This document shows, piece by piece, positions 43,778 through 51,930 of a stretch of DNA of 64,000 nt (position 1 is the stretch's first letter; each line of letters begins with the position of its first letter). Source of the stretch: a virus (lineage: Duplodnaviria; Caudoviricetes); IMG/VR virus record IMGVR_UViG_2703719286_000002, positions 3,723 through 67,722 of that record. One strand, 5' to 3'. A model generated the notes under the pieces. It did not search any database and was not told the origin of the DNA. It worked only from the letters and a program-made list of their open reading frames with translations. The translations under genes and the position numbers were made by a program.

Positions 43778-45281
43778 AGAAGTCTCTGTCCCTCTGTGCG
43801 CTATCACCCCTCGGCCTCAGTCCTGCCCGGATGCCCCCGCTGCGCGCCGCGCTGGGCCCCAGGGCCTTCAGGCGGCTCTCCCTGTGCGGCTGGTCGGGCA
43901 GGCCCGCCCCGCCGACCGTGAAGCCCTCGCCGATGAAGGGCTTGAGGTGGGCGATGGCCATGCTCGTCGTGTCCACCTGGTCGTCGAAGGCCGCGTTCGG
44001 GAAGGCCAGGTGCTCCTTCTCCCACCCCTCCCGCCAGTCGGCGTTGGCCGGCAGGAACACCCGCCGCGCCTCGAACAGCGGCATCGCCGTCCTGAAGCGC
44101 AGCACCTTGTCGGCCTGCGGCACCTTGACCGCCGTGATGGGCAGCCGCGTGTCCCGCCGCAGCTCCTGGACCGCCGACTGGCCCGAGGAGGCGTCCTCCA
44201 CGACGATGATGTCCGGCTTATGGAGCTTGTACTGACTGACCATCGCCTTCTTCAGCTCCGGGAACTCGACCCGCTCGTGCCACACGTCCAGCACGTAGAG
44301 CCCGCGCCGGCCCAGGCCCCAGGTGGCGCAGACCGAGTAGCTGCGCCGCTGCTGCTCCTTGGTCTTGCCGGCCTCGTCCTCCTTGGCGCCGGTGTCCCAG
44401 AGCTGCACGGTGTAGCCGATGTCGGGCGGGTCGTCGTAGTATTGCAGCCACTCCCGCTGCAGAATGCGGCCCGTGGGCGGCGCCGGCCGCTGGTCGTACA
44501 GGGCGGCCCAGAAGTAAGAGCCGAGAACCTCCTTGGTCGCCAGCAGCGTGCGCTCGTCGTAGCGCTCCGGCCATAGCGCCTCCCCCTCCGCCCGGCCCAG
44601 GGGGTCGTCGGGCCCGGCCAGCGCCGGCAGGACGAGCTCGACCCATTCCTCCTCGCTGTCGGCCAGGATGCGCCCGGCCAGGTCGTCCTCGTGCCACCGC
44701 GTCATAATGAGCACGACCACGCCCTCGGGCTCGAGGCGCGTGTAGGCCGTCGATCGCCACCAGTCCCACGCGGCCTCCCGGTAGGTGGCGCTCTCGGCTT
44801 CCTTCCAGTTCTTCACCGGGTCGTCGATGATCAGCAGGTTCGCGCCCCTGCCGGTGATGGGCCCGCCGACGCCGGCCGTCACCATGCCGCCCTGGTGCCC
44901 GGCCAGGTCCCACCTGTTGGCCGCCGAGGAGTCCTGGCTGACCTGGACGTCCCACAGCGCCGGGCCCCATTCCTCCAGCTCCGTCCGCGCCTTGCGGCCC
45001 CAGGACGCGGCGAAGTCGGCCTCGTAGGAGGCCAGGATCACCCTGTCCTCCGGGAAGGTCCCCAGCCACCAGGCCGGGAAGTAGTGGCTGCATAGCTCGC
45101 TCTTCCCGTGCCGCGGCGGCATCATCACCACCAGGCGCCGAAACTTGCGCCGCGCCAGGCCGACGAGGCCCCGGTTAAGGAGCCTCAGGTGCTCGGCGAG
45201 TTCCCAGCGACCGCCGCTTGCCACCATCGCCAGGCCCGCCGGGCTCCACCTTGCGACGTCCGAGTCGCTCAGTGAGGGCAA
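43767..45281 (-). CDS. terL: Terminase large subunit (start uncertain, ORF open to 45338)
   Basis: MPPRHGKS Walker A; GRGANLLIIDDP Walker B; WDTG and DDQVD nuclease motifs. Confidence 0.95.
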   Translation of the reverse strand: MPSLSDSDVARWSPAGLAMVASGGRWELAEHLRLLNRGLVGLARRKFRRLVVMMPPRHGKSELCSHYFPAWWLGTFPEDRVILASYEADFAASWGRKARTELEEWGPALWDVQVSQDSSAANRWDLAGHQGGMVTAGVGGPITGRGANLLIIDDPVKNWKEAESATYREAAWDWWRSTAYTRLEPEGVVVLIMTRWHEDDLAGRILADSEEEWVELVLPALAGPDDPLGRAEGEALWPERYDERTLLATKEVLGSYFWAALYDQRPAPPTGRILQREWLQYYDDPPDIGYTVQLWDTGAKEDEAGKTKEQQRRSYSVCATWGLGRRGLYVLDVWHERVEFPELKKAMVSQYKLHKPDIIVVEDASSGQSAVQELRRDTRLPITAVKVPQADKVLRFRTAMPLFEARRVFLPANADWREGWEKEHLAFPNAAFDDQVDTTSMAIAHLKPFIGEGFTVGGAGLPDQPHRESRLKALGPSAARSGGIRAGLRPRGDSAQRDRDFYGR

Positions 45282-45765
45282 GCGCGGCTTCGGTCGCCTC
45301 GTCGTCGCCGAGGATGTCCTGGGTGAGGCTACGGCCAATGGCCACCGCTTCCACTTCCACGCCGCCGGGACCGGCCTTGAGGCGGAGGGCGGCGATGGCG
45401 CCGCCCCTGGGGCGCAAGCCCTCGAGGTCCTCGATGGCGTCCTGATTCTTCGATACGACTATGAGTAGTGAGGCGCGGCCCGAGGCGTCGACGATCCCCG
45501 GTACGAGGTTGTCCAGCGCCAAGGTTTGCATACCGCGTCGGTGCGCGACCGCCATCACCTTCTTGGCGTCCACGTCCTTGCCCGCCGCCTCTCGCATCAG
45601 GCCCCGTGCCCTCTGCAGGTCGCGCTTGACCGTTGCTAGAGAGACGGTGGACCTCTCCGCTATCGCGGAGGCGCTGAGGCCTTCCACATGCCAGTCCCAG
45701 TGCTGCTTGACCCGCTCGACGGTCTCCGGCTCCTGATCCCATGGACGCTGTCGCGGTCGGCTCAT
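45175..45765 (-). CDS. Terminase small subunit candidate
   Basis: N-terminal HTH (GLSASAIAERSTVSLATVKRDL); immediately upstream of terL. Confidence 0.7.
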   Translation of the reverse strand: MSRPRQRPWDQEPETVERVKQHWDWHVEGLSASAIAERSTVSLATVKRDLQRARGLMREAAGKDVDAKKVMAVAHRRGMQTLALDNLVPGIVDASGRASLLIVVSKNQDAIEDLEGLRPRGGAIAALRLKAGPGGVEVEAVAIGRSLTQDILGDDEATEAALALTERLGRRKVEPGGPGDGGKRRSLGTRRAPEAP

Positions 45766-45808
45766 CTCTAACGGCTCACCATCTCGTATCTGTGGCCGGT
45801 TCAGCCTG

Positions 45809-46348
45809 TCAGATGCCCGCCCCGGCTGCGTCCGCGAGGCCGAACCCGCCCGCGAGGTGCTTCTGCAGCGCCGCCCGGAGCAGGCCGACGACCTCGCCGC
45901 CCTTCTCGTCCACGGCCCGCTGGGCCATGTGGACGCCCTTCGTGCCGGGGTGCTTCACGACGCGGGCGAAGGCCAGGGCGCCCTTGCCCTTCCGCGTCCC
46001 CTGCGGCCCACGGCCCAGACCGGCCGCCGACCGGCCGCCGATGGGCCAGGCCAGCACCTTCTTCGTCCGGGGCCGTATTTCGTGGGGCCGCGTGCCCTCC
46101 TCGACGAACCGGGCATACGCCTTGTCAGTCCCCACGATGACCGCCCAGCCGCCGTTGCGCGTCTGGGTCGCCCAGGAGGCCCGCAGGTGGCCGGTTCTCA
46201 CGGGCGTCCGCCGCTTGACCTCCCGCTCGATGCGCGTCCCGGCGCGCCGGAGGCTGCGCTTGGCCGCGGCCTGGAGGCCGTGCTTGCTGAGGCGGCGCAC
46301 CAAGTCATCGACGCCCTCGACGCGGATCGAGAATCCGGGCTCGGGCAC
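45809..46348 (-). CDS. HK97 gp10-like tail completion protein
   Basis: TPVRTGHLRASW, AYARFVEEGT, VKHPGTKG motifs. Confidence 0.85.
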   Translation of the reverse strand: MPEPGFSIRVEGVDDLVRRLSKHGLQAAAKRSLRRAGTRIEREVKRRTPVRTGHLRASWATQTRNGGWAVIVGTDKAYARFVEEGTRPHEIRPRTKKVLAWPIGGRSAAGLGRGPQGTRKGKGALAFARVVKHPGTKGVHMAQRAVDEKGGEVVGLLRAALQKHLAGGFGLADAAGAGI

Positions 46349-46470
46349 GGCGACTCCTTACGGTTATTCCGCTAGGGAGAGAGGCAACGAAGGGCCAGAA
46401 GAACGGCCGGGCTCCCACGAACCCGGCGGATCAGGAAGGCCGCCCCCGCTTAGGGAACGGCCCACGATAG

Positions 46471-46543
46471 AGTATACCACGGGATCGCCTCAGCGACTTT
46501 AGAGACTATACGGACTCTAAAGACTCCAGCGACTTTAAGAACT
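46471..46543 (-). promoter_or_regulatory. Probable late promoter with upstream repeated boxes
   Basis: Extended -10 TGG-TATACT (46479-46471), no consensus -35; CAGCGACTTTA direct repeat at 46491 and 46527; CTTTAGAG/CTCTAAAG inverted pair 46497-46522. Confidence 0.6.
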
Positions 46544-46563
46544 CTAGGCTCTTCATCCTTTGC

Positions 46564-46596
46564 GGGGGCCGGTCGCCCACTGCGATACCGGCCCCC
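46564..46596 (-). terminator. Strong hairpin closing the GGT-NN array
   Basis: GGGGGCCGGT.../...ACCGGCCCCC 10-bp inverted repeat. Confidence 0.65.
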
Positions 46597-46604
46597 GACG
46601 CAAG

Positions 46605-46750
46605 TCCTATCCTCACCCTACCGGACCACACCGCACCCGACCAGACCTTACCGAACCCGACCCAACCTGACCAGCCTTACCTCACCAGACCCTACCGGAC
46701 CAGACCATACCAAACCGCACCGCACCCCAGCGAACCAGCCTTACCTCACG
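46605..46750 (-). ncRNA. GGT-NN pentamer array, candidate VIPR-type guide RNAs
   Basis: Minus strand (GGT-NN)n with a repeated 16-nt handle GTGAGGTAAGGCTGGT (46749-46734, 46685-46670); 10 and 11 variable dinucleotides; non-coding, downstream of a RAMP-like operon. Confidence 0.75.
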
Positions 46751-47411
46751 GAAGGGCCACGAGCAGCTTCTCAAGGAGCCCGTGCAGGTGCCGGAGCCGC
46801 CCAGACAGGTGCTCATCATGTTGAACCAGCAGCTCGCCCTCGATGAAGTTGATCACCTGGTCGACGTAGTAGACCTGGGGGAAGCCGCCGGCCTGCTCAT
46901 TCGCCTCTTCCTGTTGCGGCGTCAGCTTCATAGCTGCCAGATGTGACACCGAACGCTTGATCACCACGGCTCCGTCCTGGCCCTCGGCGAAGCGGCGCTT
47001 CTCGATCTTCGCCACCATGATCTTCGTTATGCCGAGCGCCTCCGCAACGACGGCCCTCTCGATCTTGAAGTCCGCCGCCCGGAGGAGACATCGGTCCCGA
47101 TCCAGGGGCGTCAGCGGCGCCCCGTGGCCAGCGTTGAGCCGGATGGCGTCGAGATACATCTCCTCGTCCGACCCGTACTCTCGCCACTCCACAAGGATTT
47201 CCGCGTCACGGCCAGCGGCGACGGTCGTGGCCCGCACGCGGTGGAAGCCGTCCACTACCCGCTTCGACTTCCGGTCAACGATGATGGCTGGCAACCGACG
47301 GCCAAGGCCAAGGGCCTCGATGAGCCGCCGCGTGTTCAGGCTGTCCAGCTCGGTGCGGGGGTAGATGTTGTAGTCGAGTACCAGTTCGGCCAGCTTGACT
47401 TTAGGCATCAT
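46746..47411 (-). CDS. ParB/Srx N-terminal domain plus HTH protein
   Basis: LPAIIVD....VVDGFHRVRA ParB motif; RLNAGHG..LT; AVVAEALGIT HTH. Confidence 0.8.
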   Translation of the reverse strand: MMPKVKLAELVLDYNIYPRTELDSLNTRRLIEALGLGRRLPAIIVDRKSKRVVDGFHRVRATTVAAGRDAEILVEWREYGSDEEMYLDAIRLNAGHGAPLTPLDRDRCLLRAADFKIERAVVAEALGITKIMVAKIEKRRFAEGQDGAVVIKRSVSHLAAMKLTPQQEEANEQAGGFPQVYYVDQVINFIEGELLVQHDEHLSGRLRHLHGLLEKLLVALP

Positions 47412-48015
47412 GCACCTCTTCGATGCGCTCTACCTCGAACCGTCCGTATGGACCACGCTTCTGAGGGCGGAAGTCCAGCAGGCCCATCGTCTTGCCGCTC
47501 TCCTGGGCGCGCTCGACGATGTAGCCTTCTTTGCCCTCCCAAGTGTCGAGATCGTATTCCCACTGCACCTCGATCTCCCAGGGCGGGTCGATCCTGGGCC
47601 GGCGGCGCATGATGCGACCACGGCCGCGGATGACGACGGGCTGGGAATCGACAGCATACTCCGTGAGGCACTCGCCGTTGCGCCGCAGCGGATGGGCGTG
47701 GACCGTGGGGAAGACGGAACCCGCCATGATCGGACCCAGAGCGACACTGCGCTTCTTTCCCGGCACCTTAATCTCGTAGCCCTTGCAGGCATTCATGAGG
47801 GCTTGATAAGGAGCCATCGCTGGAACGTAGAGCCGCCCATCTGGGAGACGGTGAGCCCGCTGCTCGGCTTCCTCCTCTGGGGTCCCATAGTCCTTTGGCT
47901 TGCTGACCTCCTTCTCGCGCTCTTTCCCGCCCTCGTCCTCTTCCATGCCCTTCGTGCTGCTCATAAGCAGCGGCGTGAGCCCGTTGAACCGTAGACTGAG
48001 AATCCCTGTTTTCAA
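47401..48015 (-). CDS. Stand-alone Cas7/RAMP-like protein (Vipr-like)
   Basis: RAMP hallmarks: N-terminal strand LRFNGLTPLLM, GRLYVPAMAPYQAL (IPGSSLKG-equivalent), C-terminal Gly loop GLLDFRPQKRGPYGRFEV; 204 aa; no other cas genes. Confidence 0.7.
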   Translation of the reverse strand: MKTGILSLRFNGLTPLLMSSTKGMEEDEGGKEREKEVSKPKDYGTPEEEAEQRAHRLPDGRLYVPAMAPYQALMNACKGYEIKVPGKKRSVALGPIMAGSVFPTVHAHPLRRNGECLTEYAVDSQPVVIRGRGRIMRRRPRIDPPWEIEVQWEYDLDTWEGKEGYIVERAQESGKTMGLLDFRPQKRGPYGRFEVERIEEVHDA

Positions 48016-48091
48016 CCGCTTCGTTCCTTCCTCCCGGCGTCGCCGGGGCTAATCGCCACCCGCCCGTCGGCGCTGGCCCAGGTGGGGGCGG

Positions 48092-48715
48092 TCATGGCGC
48101 GGCCTCCATTAGCAATTGCGTGGGGAACCGTCCCGCCTCGTCTCCCCAGACCGCCCAGTTAGGGCGAGAGCGACGTCCGAACAGCTCTAGGTAAGGGCCG
48201 GGTGACATGGACTCGACCAGTTGGAAGAAGCCCTCAGGCTTTTCGCTGTGAGCGCCCTTCGGCCACTGATAGGCGGTCGGGCGATCGTGGCGAAGGCTGT
48301 CCAGTTTGCCCCGCACGCAGAACAGCACATGCTCTGTGTTGTTCCGAAAGGTGTGCCCCATACCGATCCCGCGCTTCTCCCACGTCAGGATCGTTCGGAC
48401 GGAGAAGCCCCAGGCAGCGGCTACTTGGTGACCCTCCACCATGAAAGCATTTGTCACCCAGAGATAGAGGTGGGCGTTCTCGGCAGCGAGGTCACGCACG
48501 GGCAGGCTCATGATTAATCCCAGCTTCATCAGCGGGTAGTGAGACTCCGCCCCACGTACGCTGTGGCGACCCCGTTGCAGCGGGTCTCGGTAGTCCCAGG
48601 GCGGATCAGCCACGATAGTCGTAAACGTGGCGATGGGCAGGCCGAACAGAAGCTCGAGCCCGCCCTTGAACACCCGCCCGTCGGCGGAGGTCCAGTAGGG
48701 GGCCGGCGCCGTCAC
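48092..48715 (-). CDS. MT-A70-family adenine methyltransferase
   Basis: IVADPPW; HLYLWVTN; TWEK; HSEKPE; YLELFGR. Confidence 0.9.
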   Translation of the reverse strand: MTAPAPYWTSADGRVFKGGLELLFGLPIATFTTIVADPPWDYRDPLQRGRHSVRGAESHYPLMKLGLIMSLPVRDLAAENAHLYLWVTNAFMVEGHQVAAAWGFSVRTILTWEKRGIGMGHTFRNNTEHVLFCVRGKLDSLRHDRPTAYQWPKGAHSEKPEGFFQLVESMSPGPYLELFGRRSRPNWAVWGDEAGRFPTQLLMEAAP

Positions 48716-48975
48716 GACGCCCTCTCCCGCACCGGGTCGTACAACGCCACCAGCCGGGCCAGGATCACCGCCCCGTCCGGCCGGCGCTCCAGCTCGGCCA
48801 GCAGCTTCCGCACCACGTAGTCCAGCTCCTCGAGGGTGTGGCTCGACGGCGACTTCTTCTGCCAGCCTCCGCCCGGCCACGCCCGCCAGCGGATCTCGAG
48901 CTCGATGCGCGTCGCCGTCGGGATGGGGCGCAGCGCCTCGTCGTAGAGCTCCTGCCAGCGGAGAGCGTCAGGCAT
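48712..48975 (-). CDS. Hypothetical protein
   Basis: Translationally coupled to neighbours. Confidence 0.5.
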   Translation of the reverse strand: MPDALRWQELYDEALRPIPTATRIELEIRWRAWPGGGWQKKSPSSHTLEELDYVVRKLLAELERRPDGAVILARLVALYDPVRERAS

Positions 48976-49162
48976 CGCGGGCCTCTCGAAGGATGTCTAC
49001 GGCGGGGGCGGCGGCACCGGCCGACACGCAGTCGCGGTAGGTGGCGAAGATGGAGTGGTCAATGAGGCGAAGGCCCGCATCGTTTAGCTGCTCGGCATAG
49101 TCGGCGCGGAGCCGCATCAGGTGGCGGAGGCGCTCGAGCTTGCCGGGGGTCGGGTCAGGCAT
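48968..49162 (-). CDS. Hypothetical protein
   Basis: Coupled small early ORF. Confidence 0.5.
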   Translation of the reverse strand: MPDPTPGKLERLRHLMRLRADYAEQLNDAGLRLIDHSIFATYRDCVSAGAAAPAVDILREARDA

Positions 49163-49165
49163 CAG

Positions 49166-49432
49166 CTACACCGCCGGCAGGGCGCGGCGGGCCCGCATCA
49201 ACGCCACTAGCTCTCGTGTCGTAACGCACCTAACGCCCCGGTGGAGCGCCTGCCTCCACTTCATCAGGCCGATGTCGTAGTGCGGAAACCGACCCGCCTG
49301 GAACCAGTGCCTCTTGAGGCCGAGGGTGCGTGCCATATGGTGCAGCTCCTCCTCGTTCTCATCACTAACCATGTGAGCCCAGGCCCCGCGCCGCCGCCCA
49401 GGGTAGAGGCGTGGTGCATCTACCAAGATCAC
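49166..49432 (-). CDS. DUF4031-like protein
   Basis: WAHMVSD..EELH.MA..LGLKR.WFQ....PHYD. Confidence 0.75.
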   Translation of the reverse strand: MILVDAPRLYPGRRRGAWAHMVSDENEEELHHMARTLGLKRHWFQAGRFPHYDIGLMKWRQALHRGVRCVTTRELVALMRARRALPAV

Positions 49433-49803
49433 TCCTCCTCGGCCCCGGCCAGGGCGTCGCAGTCCGGGCAGCGGGCGGCCAACTCGAACTCAATGACGGC
49501 GACCTCTTCCCAGGGGTCCCACTTACCGTGCAATCCCAGCCAATATCGTGCGAACTCTTTGACGGAGCCGAAGCCCTCCCACTGGGCATCGTAGATGTCC
49601 ATATCGCGCAGGTTTTCCTTCGTCACCTTCAAGATGAGGATGTGCCCGATGTGGTGCTTCCCCCGGCCCGGCTGGACGGCGTACACCTTACCCGGCTGGT
49701 AGCGCACGGGTCGCCCGTTGCGATGTGTGGGCCGCCGCCGGGTGACGGTCTTCTCGCCTGACAGAACCTTGGCTGCTAAGTCACGATGAAAGATCATGCG
49801 CAC
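49429..49803 (-). CDS. ASCH-domain protein
   Basis: KVLSGEKTVTRR (GxKxxTxR) and DAQWEGF motifs. Confidence 0.8.
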   Translation of the reverse strand: MRMIFHRDLAAKVLSGEKTVTRRRPTHRNGRPVRYQPGKVYAVQPGRGKHHIGHILILKVTKENLRDMDIYDAQWEGFGSVKEFARYWLGLHGKWDPWEEVAVIEFELAARCPDCDALAGAEEE

Positions 49804-49806
49804 TCC

Positions 49807-50454
49807 TCACTCGCACCCCAGCGCCGACGTCCACGGCACCCAGCCCTGCTCGTCCCATATCTCCTTAGCCACCTGCGCGTTCACCATCGGGTCGAAGGCC
49901 GTGTCCCAACCGCCGTGCTTCTCGAACCGCCAGGCGTGGACCGGGTGAATCCCGAAGAGGCCGCGCTCGCTGGCGTCGCCCACCGCCCAGGGCAACCACT
50001 CGGACTCCTGGGCTACGATGCACGCGGCCCGGGCCCACTCCCCCTCCGGCCAGAGGACCAAAACGGCAATCGCCCACGGTCCGCCGCTTTGATCCCCGTC
50101 TCGGGCCGGTTCGCCGCTTTCGTCCGCCGCTTCTGGGGCTCCGCCGCTTTGTGCCCATTGCGGCGGTTCGACTGCCAGAGCAGCAACCGGCGCTCCTGTG
50201 GGCTCAACCGTCGGCGTCGGCGTGGCGGGCCGTTGCGGAGGACGTAGACCAAGTAGGCCCCGATAAATATGAGTGCCGCACCATAGATCGCTACAACGAA
50301 CTGCCCGGCCGTCCGGCCCCAAAGCATCGTGACCATGAATGTCACCAGCCCTACCACTACCCCGCCCCACGCCAGGCTCGTGTACCACCGTCTCATCGGC
50401 ACCTCCGATCAGCGCCACGCCCAGCAGGAGCCCCAACAACAGGGCGCGGCGCAC
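49807..50454 (-). CDS. Exported lysozyme-like/lytic transglycosylase (SLT-like) protein
   Basis: N-terminal hydrophobic leader; CIVAQES (catalytic Glu), RGLFGI, FDPMVNA..A..IW...GW.PW. Confidence 0.75.
   Translation of the reverse strand: MRRALLLGLLLGVALIGGADETVVHEPGVGRGSGRAGDIHGHDALGPDGRAVRCSDLWCGTHIYRGLLGLRPPQRPATPTPTVEPTGAPVAALAVEPPQWAQSGGAPEAADESGEPARDGDQSGGPWAIAVLVLWPEGEWARAACIVAQESEWLPWAVGDASERGLFGIHPVHAWRFEKHGGWDTAFDPMVNAQVAKEIWDEQGWVPWTSALGCE
50013..50396 (-). CDS. Two-TM protein nested out of frame in the SLT ORF
   Basis: GGAGGT RBS before ATG 50396; two clear hydrophobic helices then an Arg-rich tail. Confidence 0.45.
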   Translation of the reverse strand: MRRWYTSLAWGGVVVGLVTFMVTMLWGRTAGQFVVAIYGAALIFIGAYLVYVLRNGPPRRRRRLSPQERRLLLWQSNRRNGHKAAEPQKRRTKAANRPETGIKAADRGRLPFWSSGRRGSGPGPRAS

Positions 50455-50458
50455 GTAG

Positions 50459-50707
50459 CTAGTCAGCGGGGGGCTCCTCCGGCTGTACTGGCTCGCCCGG
50501 CCTACAGCGTTGGCATGGATGCCAGGCTACGTTTTGGTTGGCGTCACTGCCGAAGCCTCCCCCTGTGCCGTGGCAGGCAGGGCACTCCCCCTTCCCCGCC
50601 GGCAGGCCCGCCAGCGCCACCAGCCGGGCGCGGAGGGCGGTGATCTCAACTTGCATCCGATAACTCTGGTCGGCGGCATCCTCTGGGCTGCCATGTGGTA
50701 GCATCAC
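50459..50707 (-). CDS. Hypothetical protein with CxxCxGxG motifs
   Basis: CPACHGTGG...CQRC; coupled to the MTase gene. Confidence 0.5.
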   Translation of the reverse strand: MMLPHGSPEDAADQSYRMQVEITALRARLVALAGLPAGKGECPACHGTGGGFGSDANQNVAWHPCQRCRPGEPVQPEEPPAD

Positions 50708-51372
50708 TCCACCTCTGCGGCCAGGGCGAACTTGACCGCCTTCGCCACGGCCCGACCCATCGGCATGGGCACAGCGTTGCCAAGCATTTCCCTCTTGCCA
50801 GCTACCGTGAACGGTGTGTTGTCGAGGAAGTCTGGCGGCACGCCCTGAAGCTCACACCGTTCCGGCCAAGAGTAGGTAGCCATGCCCCGGACCACTGTGC
50901 CCACGCGGTTGCCGTGGTTAGCCAGAACGGCGTGCTTCCAGTCTGGGTGCTCAAATAGGGCAACCTCGATGTGGCGCTCCAAGGCTAGGTTGGAGTGGAA
51001 GTAGCGCTTGCGGCTTTGCTTCTCGCCGAGCCAGCGGGGGCTCAGGGCCATGACGTAGGGCGCTTCGTGTCGAATGACAGCCTCCATGACCCACCACCGG
51101 GGCTGCGCCTCCTCAACCACGCGCCAGAACTCAGCCGCGAGTGACACCCCCGGCCTGCCGTTCAAGGCTGCCAGGTTGCTCTCGCCCTTGCACGGCGGGC
51201 CGCCTATCACCCCGTCGAACACGCTGGCTGGCGGGTGAAATGCCCTGATGTCCCATTCGCGGCCCCACATGACATCGCCAGCCGACACTACACAGCAGCC
51301 CTCTCCCTTGAAGGCGAGTCCCAACAGATCAATACCGGAGAAGGTTGATAGGGTGAGGCCCGGTGCCTTCAC
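50704..51372 (-). CDS. C5 cytosine DNA methyltransferase
   Basis: STFSGID (motif I), GGPPC (motif IV), ELQG.P and LGNAVP (motifs IX-X). Confidence 0.85.
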   Translation of the reverse strand: MKAPGLTLSTFSGIDLLGLAFKGEGCCVVSAGDVMWGREWDIRAFHPPASVFDGVIGGPPCKGESNLAALNGRPGVSLAAEFWRVVEEAQPRWWVMEAVIRHEAPYVMALSPRWLGEKQSRKRYFHSNLALERHIEVALFEHPDWKHAVLANHGNRVGTVVRGMATYSWPERCELQGVPPDFLDNTPFTVAGKREMLGNAVPMPMGRAVAKAVKFALAAEVE

Positions 51373-51666
51373 GCTTCCTCCTCGCCCCCGGCCAGGGCGC
51401 GCAGGTCGGTCAGTTGCCTGTACCCATCCCGCCACAGGATGAGACCACGCTCGCACATACCGAAGATTCCCCCACAGGCGGAGCATTCTGAGACGTGGGC
51501 GTGTACCCTATCCTAAGCAAGCAAGACTGGCTCCGCCAGCTTCCGCAGCGCAGCGAGCCGGGCCTCTAGGTCCATGCGAATCATGTCGAGGTCAGCAGCA
51601 AAAGCCGCCCACGTCTCCCCGCCCTCGCCACCCTCATTGGGGAGAATGTGCCAAACATCCATCAGT

Positions 51667-51930
51667 TCAGGCATGGGGCACCTCCGGCAGTAGGGCACGG
51701 GCCACAGTTCTCAGGTCTACCAGTGCCGAACCGGGTCCATACTTGGTCTCGTAGTCGTGAACTGTCAGCTCCTCGGCATCAATGACACGCTGGGCAAAGT
51801 CCCGCGCCCGCCGCAGGTCGCGCACCAGGCGGACCACAACGCAGGAAGGATAAGTAGACTCACATCCCCGGTGCCGGGCCTCGATGCCAGCCAGCTCCTC
51901 TTCGCTCAGGCGCTTGCGCTCCTCAGACAC
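51667..51930 (-). CDS. Hypothetical phage protein
   Basis: LSEEELAGIEAR N-terminus common in phage early ORFs; coupled. Confidence 0.5.
   Translation of the reverse strand: MSEERKRLSEEELAGIEARHRGCESTYPSCVVVRLVRDLRRARDFAQRVIDAEELTVHDYETKYGPGSALVDLRTVARALLPEVPHA

Noticed and set aside
46605-46750. Reading the pentamer array as a CRISPR array, a microsatellite or coding sequence
   Set aside because: No 25-45 bp repeats with unique spacers and no cas1/cas2; variation is confined to two of every five positions and there is a repeated handle, unlike slippage repeats; a 5-nt period does not fit a coding frame
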